This document shows, in pieces, positions 40,718 to 53,975 of a stretch of 64,000 nt of DNA (position 1 is its first letter; each line of letters opens with the position of its first letter). The notes beneath the pieces are model-generated. The model searched no databases, had not been told where the DNA came from, and saw only the letters and a program-made list of their open reading frames with translations. The translations under genes and the position numbers were made by a program. The DNA comes from Octopus vulgaris (Eukaryota): contig OX597823.1 of the NCBI GenBank assembly GCA_951406725.2, positions 93,372,001-93,436,000 of the forward strand. Direction: 5' to 3'.

Positions 40718-42963
40718 GAAAGAAAAAATCCAAGAGGAAACATACCCCAAACAACTGAATGTATAGATCCTAAAATAATTAATTTATCAAAAAGAGATCT
40801 TGACAATGATGAAATCCAACTTCTGTCAAAAGGACTGAAATTCACACCTACACCAACAGCCAACCACCAAGAATTAAAGGAGGATATCCAAACATTCTGT
40901 CGAAAATTACGACTTGTAGAATTCTTCGCTAACAAAAGTAATGAGATTGATGAATCCCTAGTAAGGAATAAATCAAATTTCACCCCACCAAAAGGAAGAA
41001 ATAACTACCTTGACCAATACATTGATATCCTGTCTAAATTTCCCCTTAGACGCAATACCAATGTTAGGCCAAACATTAGCAAATCAGAGATGTCTGCATG
41101 TAAACGTATACAAAACGATCAAACAATAATAATTAAACAAGCAGATAAAGGTAGTGCAATTGTTATTATGGATACCGAATACTATAAGGATTTGGTTGAA
41201 GACCAACTGAAGGATACAACCTTCTATTGTGAAATACCCGCAAATATAGACCACAAGATCATGAAAAGGATCAACAACCTGATCTCAACACACCACAACT
41301 CACTTACGGATAATGAAAAAGACTACATCACCAATTTCGAACCAAATCCCAGCAACTTCTACGGCTTACCAAAAATACACAAATCAAAAAACATTCAACA
41401 GGCAGTAAAAGAACAAGAAAGTGAGTACATAAAATTATTACATCCAAAAGACCTACACACCGTCTAAGCAATTTTATTGACATTGTTTTGAAACCACTAT
41501 GTACTTACATACCAAGTTTCATCAGGGATGACATCGACTTCCTGTCCCATCTTCCCAAAACAACAGAAACAAATTCAGTTTCACTAAGTTTTGATGTGGT
41601 AAGCCTCTACACCAATATTCCACACGATTTAGGAATAAAGGCGATTAAATACTGGTTAGAAAAACATAGAGAAGTGATTCCCAGCAGATTCACAGTGCCA
41701 TTTATATTAGACACAGTCAAACTTATTCCAGAAAATAACACATTCTTCTTCAATGGAAAGAATTACATCCAAATTAGAGGCACGGCGATGGGAACGAGGT
41801 TTGCTCCCGTTTACGCCAACTCTGTAATGGGATACTTAGAACAACAACTCTACCAAGAGGTGGAGGTAAACTATGGCACTGGATTTAGAAAGTATATTGA
41901 AAAGGCATGGAAGAGATACCTAGACGACTGCTTCATAATCTGGACAGAATCTCTAAGTACTCTGGAAGAGTTCAATATCCTGCTGAACAACCTACACCCA
42001 TCTCTCCAATTTACAAAGGAGATGAGTAGTACCAAATTACCATTCCTAGATATAATGGTAATTAAAAAAGACACCACCATCACCACAGATATATACTATA
42101 AACACACAGACACACATCAATACCTAAATTTTAAGTCGTGCCATCCACCACATACAAAACGTAACATCCCATACTGCCTAGCCAGAAGAATTTGTACCAT
42201 TGTAGAAGATGCAAATATCAGGAACAAACGCCTAATAGAACTAAGAGAATTTTTGCTCAAACAAAAATACCCATCTCTACTTATAGAAAATGGCATACAG
42301 CGGGCTATAAAAATACCTATACAACAACTTAGGACAACCCAAGGAAGAGGAAAACAAGAACAAGTCATACCATTCATAGTGACACACAACCCATGTCACC
42401 AGAATATCTTCAACATTGCCAAAGCAAACCTACCAATCATTGCCCAAAGTAATGAATTAAAAGACATAATCACGGATCGAGCTATGGTGCTTAGTAAAAG
42501 ACAGCCTAAAAACTTGAAAACATTACTAACAAAGGCAAAATTTGACCTTAGCAACAAAGACCAAACATTCACGGTATCTAAATGCAAAGATAGCCGATGT
42601 GGCACATGCCAATTCATACATACCGGTCAATATATAAACACAAAAACCGGGAAAATATTCACAAACGCGAATATGAACTGCAAAAGCAGAAATTTAATTT
42701 ACTGCATCAAATGCCCAAATTGTGAAGAAATATATGTAGGTCAGACGGGAAACGCACTATTAGAACGCTCACGTGTACACCGGCAACAGATTAGAGACCC
42801 AGAGGTCCGTCAGATACCTTTGAGTAACCACCTAGCAACATGTGGCCGGAAAATGTATATAATATTTCCGTTCTACAAATTACACAGCCCAAGTGAAATC
42901 GAGAGGAGAATCAGAGAAAAGAATTTTATTGATAAATTCGAACCCAAGCTAAATAAGCAATAA
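40713..42963 (+). pseudogene. Penelope-like reverse transcriptase / GIY-YIG endonuclease, one frameshifting deletion
   Basis: Open frame from the (TA)n edge: IINLSKRDL...LLSKGLKFTPTP, IIKQADKGSAIVIMD, FYGLPKIHK; frameshift near 41453; then SFDVVSLYTNIP, QIRGTAMGT, RYLDDCF, LPFLDI, YLNFKSCHP, CKDSRCGTC linker, NLIYCIKCPNCEEIYVGQT; stop at 42961-42963. Confidence 0.95.
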
Positions 42964-43454
42964 TAATAAAACTTAGAGGTATTACTCCCACTGCTACGAC
43001 CATGAGCACTAACAACAACAACAATACTAAAGGTGATCAAGATGAAGATAGCAGGAAAATTATCTTATTTAGGGTTAAAAGTTCTATTGCTACCACCATC
43101 ACCACTAGCAACAATAATTAAGGTGCTGACAATGATGATGATGACAATTGAAATATAAAAATATAAAAATCTCTGACAAAGGATATTTACATTTCTAAAA
43201 ATAACCCAACAATTGCTGCTTCGGCCAGGGTCAAGATACAGGACTCTTGACATGTCCAACAAAGCGTGATGCCTAAACCAATCAGCTCAACCAACCAATC
43301 AGCTTAAGTAATTGAGTGATACTACACACTGATTGGTCAGAATACAGTTTGCAAAACCTAGCACTCTGGAGCCTACCCAGCTGTATTTATAGCACAGAAT
43401 CAATCATCTTGCTACAGTCAAAAATTGTGAAGCATGACTGTCAACACTACTACA

Positions 43455-43499
43455 TGAACCCGAAGATTGCAGAATTCAATGCATGAAAGTACTAGTTCA
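43455..43499 (+). ncRNA. Minimal hammerhead ribozyme motif in the Penelope 3' UTR/pLTR
   Basis: tgaac CCGAAGA ttgca-gaattcaa-tgcat GAAA gtac TA gttca: 5-bp stem I, core with U4->C, palindromic stem III. Confidence 0.75.
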
Positions 43500-43661
43500 A
43501 TCAGAATGAACATTTAACATTCTACTATTTCATTTTATTTTATTCAATTATAATATATTATCTTATAATATATCATTATAAGATTGTAAATAAAACGTGA
43601 AAATCAGACAAGGTTGGAATTCCTTTTATTAATATATTCTTCTATACACAATCACACACAC

Positions 43662-43779
<118 letters not shown>

Positions 43780-44747
43780 CATAAGAGATGACCATAATAA
43801 GACATCTGACTCAATAGAAAGAGCAGTTAAACTCCAAATCACTAATAGTTGTAATTCTGAAAGGAAAAGAGAAAATTAATGAATTAATTAATGATAAAAT
43901 TATTTAATGATAAAAGGATTATCTATATTGTTATATTTCGGAATGGTCATATTGCCAGTTTAGCCAATAAAATATATATATAAACACAAAGTTATTTTAT
44001 TCCACACGGGTAGAAATATAGGAAAAATAGAAGTTGAATGCACTGAGAATAGGTAAAATATTTTTTTGTTATTATATTTAAGGGTTTAACCCATTTCACA
44101 TTCTGCACTCATTTTCAAGAAGTTGAAATAGAAAGGCATGACTTATGTTGCAGCTGTCTTGCTTCTGACTAGTGTTTCAAGTTTGACCTATTTTGATAGG
44201 GAGTTCATGGCTCAAATTCATATTTTGAACAGAACTTGATTGGTAGAGGATAGTCATATGACTGGGCTTAGAAACTTTTTGTAGGTTGTCCACTACGGCC
44301 GTGTGTTAGTATGAAGTAGCACTAGCGTCGTAAGTTATGGATGAAACGGTCGACTGAACATGTCTAGTGACTGTACCAAACAATCAATACTCTGAATCTT
44401 TTCTGTCAACTATTCGTAAAGAATGAACATGTGATTAAATTTAGAATCTTTTGTTCGTTTCCCGCTTCGTCCTGGCAGACTAAGTTACGAACGCCGACAT
44501 GGCTGAGTGAAAAAGTTTAGTTACAATTAAGGCACTTTAAATTTAATCTGCCAAGGGGGAGAGTGGACAGGAGTCGTTTGCATGCAGTCCTTTGGCTAAA
44601 GTTTCGGTTGTCAGCTGTGTAGGTTCCTCATATTAAGTGATAGAATGACTTGTTAGTGAATAGTTATTTGTGTATGTACTCTGTTAAAGTTTGTTAAGCC
44701 TTGTTCTGTACTTTTCTATGAACGTAATTTCTTTGTTTACCCGTGCA

Positions 44748-44793
<46 letters not shown>

Positions 44794-44797
<4 letters not shown>

Positions 44798-44985
44798 TAG
44801 CCGCATTTCGTCGGTCGTTACGTTCCGAGTTCAACTTCCGCCGAGGTCGACTTTGCCTTTCATCCTTTCGGGGTCGATAAATTAAGTACCAGTTACGCAC
44901 TGGGGTCGATGTAATCGACTTAATCGGTTTGTCTGTCCTTGTTTGTCCTCTCTGTGTTTAGCCCCTTGTGGGTAGTAAAGAAATA
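44794..44985 (+). mobile_element. SINE family B, 5'-truncated
   Basis: Near identity to 61188-61378. Confidence 0.88.
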
Positions 44986-44995
44986 TATATATATA

Positions 44996-45197
44996 GTTAA
45001 TCCAAACAAGAAAGCACAAAAAAAACACAACAGCGCGAGGACGTGGAACAAATATAGTATTATTGGACGCTCAGGAAAGAAAGAAAGAAGGAGGCTTTAA
45101 CGTTTTGAGCGGAGCTCTTCGTCGGAAACATAGGAGAAGGAAAGATCCAGAGAAGGGAAGACAGAGGAAAAAGACCGCCAACGGTACACACGCGGTC
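44996..45197 (-). mobile_element. Short Penelope-type pLTR fragment with a decayed hammerhead
   Basis: Minus strand ttt CCGACGA a gagc-tcc-gctc AAAA cg TT aaa; bounded by (TA)n. Confidence 0.6.
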
Positions 45198-46301
45198 ATA
45201 TATATATATATATATTTGCGTCTGTTTGTGTGTATGTATGTGTATGTATTTGTATGTGTATGTATGCATGTGTGCGTGCGTGTGTCTGTGTGTATGCGTG
45301 TGGTCGTTCTGCCTGTGTTTATTCCCCCATCACCGTTTGACAACCGTTGTTGGTGTGTTTATGTCCCCGTAACTAGTGGTTCCACAAAAGGGACCGATAG
45401 AATTAGTACCGGGCTTTAAGAACAAAAACATATTTGATTCGACTCGTTCGTTCGGCTAAAATCGGCCAATACGGTGCTCCAGCATGGCCACAGATTTATA
45501 ATTGAAGCAAAATATAAACGATAAAAGATTGAATCGCAAGCGATTATGAGGAGGAGGAAGCGCCGAAGGAGCCAAGAATGGAGGAGAAGGAAGAGGGGGA
45601 GGAGGAGGGAAATCGTCATGACTCTTCTCCTCCTTATCATCATCATCGTCATTACCTTTAACATCATAATCCTCAATTTGTTTTCTTCATCTACAGAAAG
45701 GATGAGGAGTACAAGGATTTAGCATTCATTTACAAGTGGTTTAATTATCAAGTGCCAAAACCCGAACGGTGGTCAATAGGAATCCTTAATTTTTCTGAGA
45801 AAAATAACAAAAACAACAAAATCTTCTTCTTCTGATTCCAAATCCTGTCCGGGACTATTTTACATTCAGTTCTTCGCGGTCGATAAAATAAAGTACAAAT
45901 CATGGTAGGTACTATCATATCGACTGTAACCATCTCTACAAAGTCGCTGACTTTGTGCCTAAACCAGAAACATTAAGTTTGGTACGTCTGGAAATCTAAA
46001 ATTAGTCCTAACACTCTTTGTTGAAAAAAATATCCGTTATAATTTTTCTTTTTTAATTTTGGCACAGTCCCATCAATTTTAAGATGGAGGGCGAGAGATT
46101 CTGTCAGCTTACCGCATTAATATCATTTATAATTTAACATTATTTAATGTGCATAAAAATGGTTGTCATCTATCAATTATGGTTAATTTGAAGACGGTCA
46201 GCTTAATTATGTGTGTGCGCGTGTGTATATATTTGACCGAAATCTTTTAAAACTGAGTGCTTATTGATATCTGCCAGGAATTCCAAATTCTATTCTTTCT
46301 T

Positions 46302-46365
<64 letters not shown>

Positions 46366-46367
46366 TA

Positions 46368-46930
46368 TGGAATGGAAGATAACCGTTTGCTAAACCGTCT
46401 TTCTTTATGGTGAGCTTGACTCTGGTAAGCGACCACATGAGCCGAGGAAAAGTTATAAAGACTGTGTGAAAAGAGAACCTGAAGAAACTAGATATGGAGA
46501 AAAGTAATTGGAAAGAAATGATGCTCTAGATCGGAACAGGTGAAGAGGTGATGTTAGGAATGATTGCAATGGCTAGCATTCTGAACTTACAAGGGCCGGT
46601 CGCAAAGGAACAACTGGAACTGTAATCAACAGTTCTGATCGAGTTCTGTTGTCAAAAGCAGGATACTTGAATCATATGAAGTTACATGAAAATTGAAATC
46701 CCCAAATAGGTAATGATCTTGGACACCAACCACCTCTTACGACTTGTGTCATATGTCAAAGAACAATATCTGGACTTCATAGACATATGCTAGTTCACAA
46801 AAATATTCCTTCAGAATTAGATTCCTAAGAACAAATATATAGAAGAAACTTGAATAATATCTGTCACTTGTGTTTTAAACCCTGTCAGTCAGCATCTGGT
46901 CTTAAAAGTTATATAAGGTCTCATCAATCG
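46368..46930 (+). mobile_element. RTE-clade LINE 3' fragment with C-terminal C2H2 zinc fingers, decayed
   Basis: Broken frames LYGELDSGKRPH..RKSYKDCVK, ENLKKLDM...W, then CVICQRT..GLHRHMLVH and CHLCFKPCQSASGLKSYIRSH. Confidence 0.8.
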
Positions 46931-47010
46931 ATTGATAGTATTGTATATATATACATACATACATACATACATACATACATACATACATACATACATACAT
47001 ACATACATGT

Positions 47011-47304
47011 GGAGGCGCAATGGCCTATTGGTTAGGGCAGCGGTCTCGCGGTCGTAGGATCGCGGTTTCGATTCCCAGACCGGGCGTTGTGAGTGTTTAT
47101 TGAGCGAAAACACCTAAAAGCTCCACGAGGCTCCGGCAGGGGTGGTGATCCCTGCTGTACTCTTTCACCACTCTTTCTTCTGTTGGCCTGCTCACTTAGC
47201 CAGCGGGGTGGCGTCATTCGAAGGCTATAACAATGCAAACGCATTGTGACCAGCGATGTGTAACTACATCTGATGGACTGGTCGGTCACGTGATCACGTG
47301 ATCA
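47011..47304 (+). mobile_element. tRNA-derived SINE, family C, full length
   Basis: ggaggcgcaatggcctattggttagggcagcgg...ggtttcgattccc (A and B boxes) with a (tcacgtga)n tail; older relatives at about 32063-32345 and 51340-51610. Confidence 0.85.
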
Positions 47305-47320
47305 CATACATACATAGATA

Positions 47321-47357
<37 letters not shown>

Positions 47358-47552
47358 GACATTATCAGCGCATAACCAGTGATGGACGATAAGATAGGGT
47401 CACTTGGGTAAGAGATGACCATGCTCCTTTTCTCTTTTAAGAATGATTGTCGTACTTGTTCTTCTTTCAACCATGGCTGTCTCTGCGTAGTTATTTGTGT
47501 TGGGCCCTAATAAAATCCGATAAGATGTATAGATGCAAATCTATCTAATTAC

Positions 47553-47720
47553 TTGTCTCCTCCTAAAACCAGACAGAACTTGGCCATCGGTCGACTTGCA
47601 ACACCGTTCTTCGTCTTGCGCTTTACTTGGTAGGGCGTGTTTGTCAACTTCACAACAAGGTCAAGGTGAGCTCTGACTGGTTGCATGCAAATGAGTTCAT
47701 TACTAGGGTCCCGAACTCTC
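47553..47720 (-). CDS. Candidate internal host exon (168 bp, phase 2-2), product unknown
   Basis: Minus strand ttttcacag|GAGAGTT...GGAGACAA|gtaatt; length is a multiple of 3; only one frame is open (RVRDPSNELICMQPVRAHLDLVVKLTNTPYQVKRKTKNGVASRPMAKFCLVLGGD); non-repetitive and more GC-rich than the flanks. Confidence 0.45.
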
Positions 47721-48174
47721 CTGTGAAAACATTTCTCCCGCTGCCCGTACAATGCCTTATTTTCCTGTCTCCTGACTTTCGTCTATGTTCTTCCCTCAGG
47801 GCTTTCACACCACAAGCCAACATAACTTGTCATTATTAGTCGAAAGACACGTGTTGTTGTTCTATTCTTGCTTGTAGTTGGAATCATGTGACATTTTCTC
47901 CGTTTTCTCGGTTTTTGTCTGTGTTGTCTCACACATTCAATTGCTTTCTTCCAAAATCTGAATGCTCTTAGCTTAGATTTTTGAGGCATACCGATTTTGA
48001 ACAGTCTGAAATTTAACAGGCCGAAACTGTAATGATAATTGGAAGCTTGACGGATGAATAGAGGGCCACGAATGATCCGTCGTAGTTTTTGCAGACCGTC
48101 TTTGTACCATCTATCTGTCCGTATGTTTTTATTGTCGTCCGTTACGTTCTCCATCCGTTTATTGGATATATATG

Positions 48175-48216
<42 letters not shown>

Positions 48217-48244
48217 TATATATACATATACATACATACATACA

Positions 48245-48283
<39 letters not shown>

Positions 48284-48291
48284 ACATATGC

Positions 48292-48335
<44 letters not shown>

Positions 48336-48343
48336 ACATATGC

Positions 48344-48435
<92 letters not shown>

Positions 48436-49614
48436 AACAAAGAACTCCATTTCATTAGAAAATTTGGACTAAGTGCTTTTCTACTGATAAAACTTTCATC
48501 GTATTTCTTACACAAAACAGACTTTATAGTGTTTTTGCCACAAAAGGACCACAAACTGACTACAGCGTGCTAACAATTCTGCCAGCTCGCCGCCTTTGTG
48601 CATATTCTTTTCTACTCCAAGCACAAGAAATTTTGGGGGAGGGGGGCAGTCGATTAGATTGACATCCCAGTACGCACCTGGTACATATTTTATCAATTCC
48701 GAAAGGATGAAAGGCAAAGTCGACCTCAGCGGCATTTGAAGAGAGAACGTAAAGACAAACGAAAGACCGTTAAGCATTTCGCTCGGTGTGCTAACGATTC
48801 TGCGAGCTCACCGCCTTTCTCCATATTAATAATAGAAACAATAATTATATTACTTAGATATATTGCAGTTCTTTTTCGTTTTCTATACCTGTTCTGTTTC
48901 TCTCCTTGTTTTTCTTTACTCTACTCCTCTCAATAAACGTTTTCAATGTCAGTGGGAGACATTGCATTCCTGTCAGTTTATCTCTTTTACTTCAGGTCAT
49001 AAGTAAGTATGTACATACATTAAATAACGTCCGCTGAGTTACGAGATTTAGAACAGGATTTCCTGCTTTGACGACACTCCACAAGTCTGGATTGCTTTTT
49101 CCCTCATCCGCTCCTATAAAATCAATGACGGAGGAACTTTTAAATTCCGTATGCACTTTTATTCCTCATCTGACTATATCAGATAAAAATATTGTTCAGT
49201 TACATGTGAACAATTACATATCTTGACAAATTCTTCAACTATAAGCCGTATACTTACCATCATGATCAATAAGTTATTCTATCATCTGCCAAAATATTCA
49301 CGACAGGAACTCACCTGATACGAAATATATTTACTTCCGACTTTCCCCAACCCCGCTATATTCCTGCTAACCAAATTCCTGTCAACCAAAGCATATAATT
49401 CCTATATTTGGGCATTCAATGTTTGATCTACTTTGAAAATTTCTGTCTTTCTTTTCGTTCCTCTCTCTCTATCTCTCCCTCTCTCCCTCTCACTTTCTCT
49501 CTCTCTATATATAAAAGCGTTTTCTTTCTTTGTCTATGTCCCTCTGTCACTGCCCTATCCTATCTCTCTCTCCCTATTTCATGGTATACACACACACGAA
49601 ACACGCACATACAC

Positions 49615-49729
<115 letters not shown>

Positions 49730-49744
49730 GATAAATAGATATAC

Positions 49745-49786
<42 letters not shown>

Positions 49787-49935
49787 ATTGTCCAATATAG
49801 AAAGAAATTGCTGACGTGTATCTGATTGATGCCAGCTGTTTATAGACAAGGACATTGAGGGAAAGAAAATGTGTATTATACTTACACACACACGCGTGTG
49901 CACGCACACATGCACACACATGAACACATACATAC

Positions 49936-49996
<61 letters not shown>

Positions 49997-50035
49997 GTTA
50001 TGTATGTATATATATATATATAATAATAATATGTA

Positions 50036-50550
50036 TTAGGGAATAAATCCAAACTTACAGGGAAAAATCAGATTTAGGATTGAATCCAATTTTATAGTAA
50101 AATATATTATATTAAATTAGAGACAAAACCACTATTAGGCAAATCATACAATGAAAAACTTAAGCCAATACATAAGATTATTTCATTTATATTATTTAAA
50201 TATATAACAAAATTATTAAGAAAATATAATTAATATATCACTACGATCGTTTCATGGCTGTTAATTTCTTTAAATTTTCGAGTTACAGTCATTCATCAGG
50301 TGGTTTAAATATTTATCTTGGCGAGGTTAAAAAAAACTCGCCAAGATAAATATTTAAACCACATGATGAATGACTGTAACTCGAAAAATTTAAAGAAATT
50401 AACAGCCATGAAACGATCGTAGTGATATATTAATTATATTTTCTTAATAATTTTGTTATATATTTAAATAATATAAATGAAATAATCTTATGTATTGGCT
50501 TAAGTTTTTCATTGTATGATTTGCCTAATATTCGTTTTGTCTCTAATTTA

Positions 50551-50560
<10 letters not shown>
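50036..50560. repeat. Fold-back element (about 225-bp near-perfect inverted arms, about 11-nt loop) in (TA)n
   Basis: 50103-50325 is the reverse complement of 50337-50560; centre cttggcgag-gttaaaaaaaa-ctcgccaag. Confidence 0.95.
50239..50302 (-). ncRNA. Type-I hammerhead ribozyme, canonical core (mirror copy on + at 50360-50424 has C3->A)
   Basis: Minus strand cac CTGATGA atgactgt...acagccat GAAA cgatcg TA gtg. Confidence 0.8.
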
Positions 50561-50615
<55 letters not shown>

Positions 50616-50712
50616 TTATATACATATATATATAGAGAGAGAGTGAGCTAGCTAGATAGATAGATATAGACACTCACACGTATGTATGCATGCATTTATG
50701 TGCGTATGTCTG

Positions 50713-50766
<54 letters not shown>

Positions 50767-51625
50767 GTATATATAAATATATATATATATTATGCATGTA
50801 TATAAATACACCCATTCACGCGCGCGTATACACATACGCACACACAAACATACACGCACGCGCTAATGTATATCGTTGCTATTGAGTTAAACTGTCGCAT
50901 GTCCAAATTTTGCCAAAAGCTTTCTTTTGTTTTTCAATATTTATTTTTGCTTACTGTAGCTGGTTCATTTTGTCAAACTATATGTCCAGTTGCTTCAGAT
51001 GCCAAGATATCAAAAATAGTGGAATTGTAGTAGAACCGTTTTGCTATAGAAATTCGAGTTGCTCCGGGTAGGAGTTGCCACGGCTACACTTATCCACTGC
51101 AGCCTAAATATTTAGCTGCAGATAAAATGGAAGTAACGCTATGTAAAGCTTATATTTAATACATTTTATAACGCTCATATTTCCATACGAATGAAAACCT
51201 TAAACCAGGTGTCGTAATCCCAAAAAACAACATTAGAGACGAAATTACACGTACCAATAGCTCTGTTCACACTAGCCACATAAACACAATTTGAGCAAGT
51301 ATGTATTGTATAATTGTATAACTGTGTTTGTGTGTGAACGGACGTGGCCTAACGATTAAGTTGTTGCATTCACGATCGCTGGGCCCTGTGTTCGAACCAC
51401 GAGCCGGCCGATGGGTTGTGTTCTTCAGCAAAACATTTCATTTCTCGCTGTTTCTGTCCATTCGACTGTAAATGAGTGACCCTGCGATGGATTAGCCTTC
51501 GGTCAGAGCGAATATTCACCTGGTCAGCTAGCCAACAGAATGACATTATTCAAAAGCTAAAAATTAATAAGAAAACCCATTTTGGCAGCGATGTATAACA
51601 AAGTCCAATAGACTAGTAAACACTA

Positions 51626-51690
<65 letters not shown>

Positions 51691-51694
<4 letters not shown>

Positions 51695-52649
51695 GGAGTA
51701 AATCCAAATTTAGAGGGAAAATTAGATTTAGGATTAAATCTAATTTTACAATAAATATATACATATATATCAAATTAGAGATAAAACCATTATTAGGCAA
51801 ATCAAACAGTGAAATATATAGAAATAAAGTTAATTAATATAATATACAAAATATATCAAATATAATATTCAAAATTTATTTAAATTAAAAGTTAAAAATG
51901 TTAAGCATTCTTAAAATTATTAATTTATACTTATAAATTTATATATATATATATGTATATATATATTATTATTATTTTTTATTTACATTTATATTTTTAT
52001 TTTTATTGTTTATTTTTTATTTATCTAATTATATTTATTTAACTATTTTTTTATTATCTCTCTCTATATAAACGGCAGTTTGTCTGTGCGTTTTCTGTGT
52101 GTCTGTTTTCTCGTACCCTCACTCTGACCACGGCTTTCAACCGATTCTGATGAAACTTGACACACACATAGCCCAATGTCATAATTCAAAACTAACGCAG
52201 CGAAAATTTTGAAAAGTTCCCCCAGTTCTGAAAAAAATTGATAAATTCGACATGGGGTCGAGAATCAGAAACCCAAACCACAGACCGTCTAGGGGACGCA
52301 ACTCCACCTTTTTTAACTCTCAAAAAATTTACCATCATTTTTTTTCCATTTCTTTGCTATTTTTTGGCTATAACTCTCTAAAAATGCTTTATAGTTATTT
52401 CCCTTACAAACCTGAGCAACGCCGGGCGATACTGCTAGTATTAAATATATATAACTATCAAAATGTATTAACTACTTTAATATAAGATAAAAATAAAAAG
52501 TATATATCTTATATTAAACATGTTAATACTTTTTGATAGTTATATATATTTAATATAAAAAAAAATTAAATAAATAAATATAATTAGATAAATAAAAATA
52601 AAAAATAAAAATAAAATCAAAAATATAAATAAAAAATAATAAAATATAT

Positions 52650-52702
<53 letters not shown>

Positions 52703-52885
52703 AAAAATATTTATAAGTATAAATTAATAATTTTAAACATTTTTTTTTAATTCTTAACTTTTAATTTAAATAAAATTTGAATATTATTTTTTATATATTT
52801 TGTATATTATATTAATTAATTTTATTTCTATGTTTTGGCTTATATTTTTCACTGATTTACCTAATAGTGGTTTTATCTCTAATTT
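51691..52885. repeat. AT-rich fold-back element related to 50036-50560, interrupted by a Helitron
   Basis: The first ~115 bp match 50036-50145; arms aaattagagataaaaccattattagg / cctaatagtggttttatctctaattt; symmetry centre near 52495. Confidence 0.85.
52057..52438 (+). mobile_element. Non-autonomous Helitron, complete
   Basis: A|TC... start, subterminal GC hairpin cctgagcaacgccggg, CTAG|T end, no target-site duplication; removing it restores symmetry of the host palindrome. Confidence 0.85.
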
Positions 52886-52887
52886 TA

Positions 52888-53283
52888 TGGCTGTGTGGTA
52901 AGAAGCTTGCTAACCAACCACATGGTTCCGGGTTCAGTCCCACTGCGTGGCATCTTGGGCAAGTGTCTTCTGCTATAGCCCCGGGCTGACCAATGCCTTG
53001 TGAGTGGATTTGGTAGACGGAAACTAAAAGAAGCCTGTCGTATATATGTATATATATATATAAGTGTGTGTGTATATGTTTGTGTTTGTCCCCCTAGCAT
53101 TGCTTGACAACTGATGCTGGTGTGTTTACGTCCCCGTCACTTAGCGGTTCGGCAAAATAGACCGATAGAATAAGTACTGGGCTTGCAAAGAATAAGTCCT
53201 GGGTCGATTTGCTCGCCTAAAGGCGGTGCTGCAGCATGGCCGCAGTCAAATGACTGAAACAAGTAAAAGAGTAAAAGAGAGTA
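52888..53283 (+). mobile_element. tRNA-derived SINE, family A, reference copy
   Basis: tggctgtgtggtaag (A box)...ggttcagtccc (B box)...gagtggatttggtagacggaaact...gcatggccgcagtcaaatgactgaaacaagt(aaaagagt)n; also at about 32460-32650, 45320-45530 and 60490-60990. Confidence 0.9.
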
Positions 53284-53733
53284 AGAGATATATATATATA
53301 CTACTACTACTACTACTACTAATATAGGATGAAGTTTTTTTACAGAAGACAATTTCATCAAAAAGTGGCAGCATATTAAAATACCTTTAAAGGTTAAATT
53401 ATAAACAACTTATAAACAAGGGCAACAGAAAATTATTTCTATGCCAATATGCTGATAACAGACTTTTAAATCGTCAATTTCCACTTTTTTCTATATCTTT
53501 TCAAAATTTATCCCAGGCGTAACTATTACAGTTAGTCTTTGTCTAACAGCCCTTAATGCATTTCTTCAGAAATTTTTAATTTCTTAAATTTCTGGATGTT
53601 ACAGTCTTATGCAGTCTTCCTATCGTGTCCCTGAAAGCACAATACAGGAGTTATCTTCCTTTGGTATTTTGTCCTCTAATTATCTCTCGAGTGTTTACGT
53701 ACTTTTTAATCGTTGGTGATGTTTTCTAAAGCG

Positions 53734-53800
<67 letters not shown>

Positions 53801-53824
53801 AGTACGTGCGTGTGGATGTATGTG

Positions 53825-53868
<44 letters not shown>

Positions 53869-53913
53869 TATATGTATATATATATATAAAATATATATAT
53901 ATATATATGTATG

Positions 53914-53975
<62 letters not shown>

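Larger units (their letters stand above)
40713..43640 (+). mobile_element. Penelope-like retroelement (Neptune-type), 5'-truncated, inserted between (TA)n tracts
   Basis: PLE RT + GIY-YIG coding region, then a 3' UTR of about 680 bp with a hammerhead motif; (TA)n at both ends. Confidence 0.93.

Noticed and set aside
47011-47085. tRNA-like sequence with A and B boxes
   Set aside because: No proper acceptor stem, and it continues into a SINE body and tail, so it is a SINE head rather than a tRNA gene
52149-52160. CTGATGA followed by aac inside the Helitron
   Set aside because: No stem II or GAAA/stem III context; it is part of the usual ccgatt...aaa Helitron 5' motif
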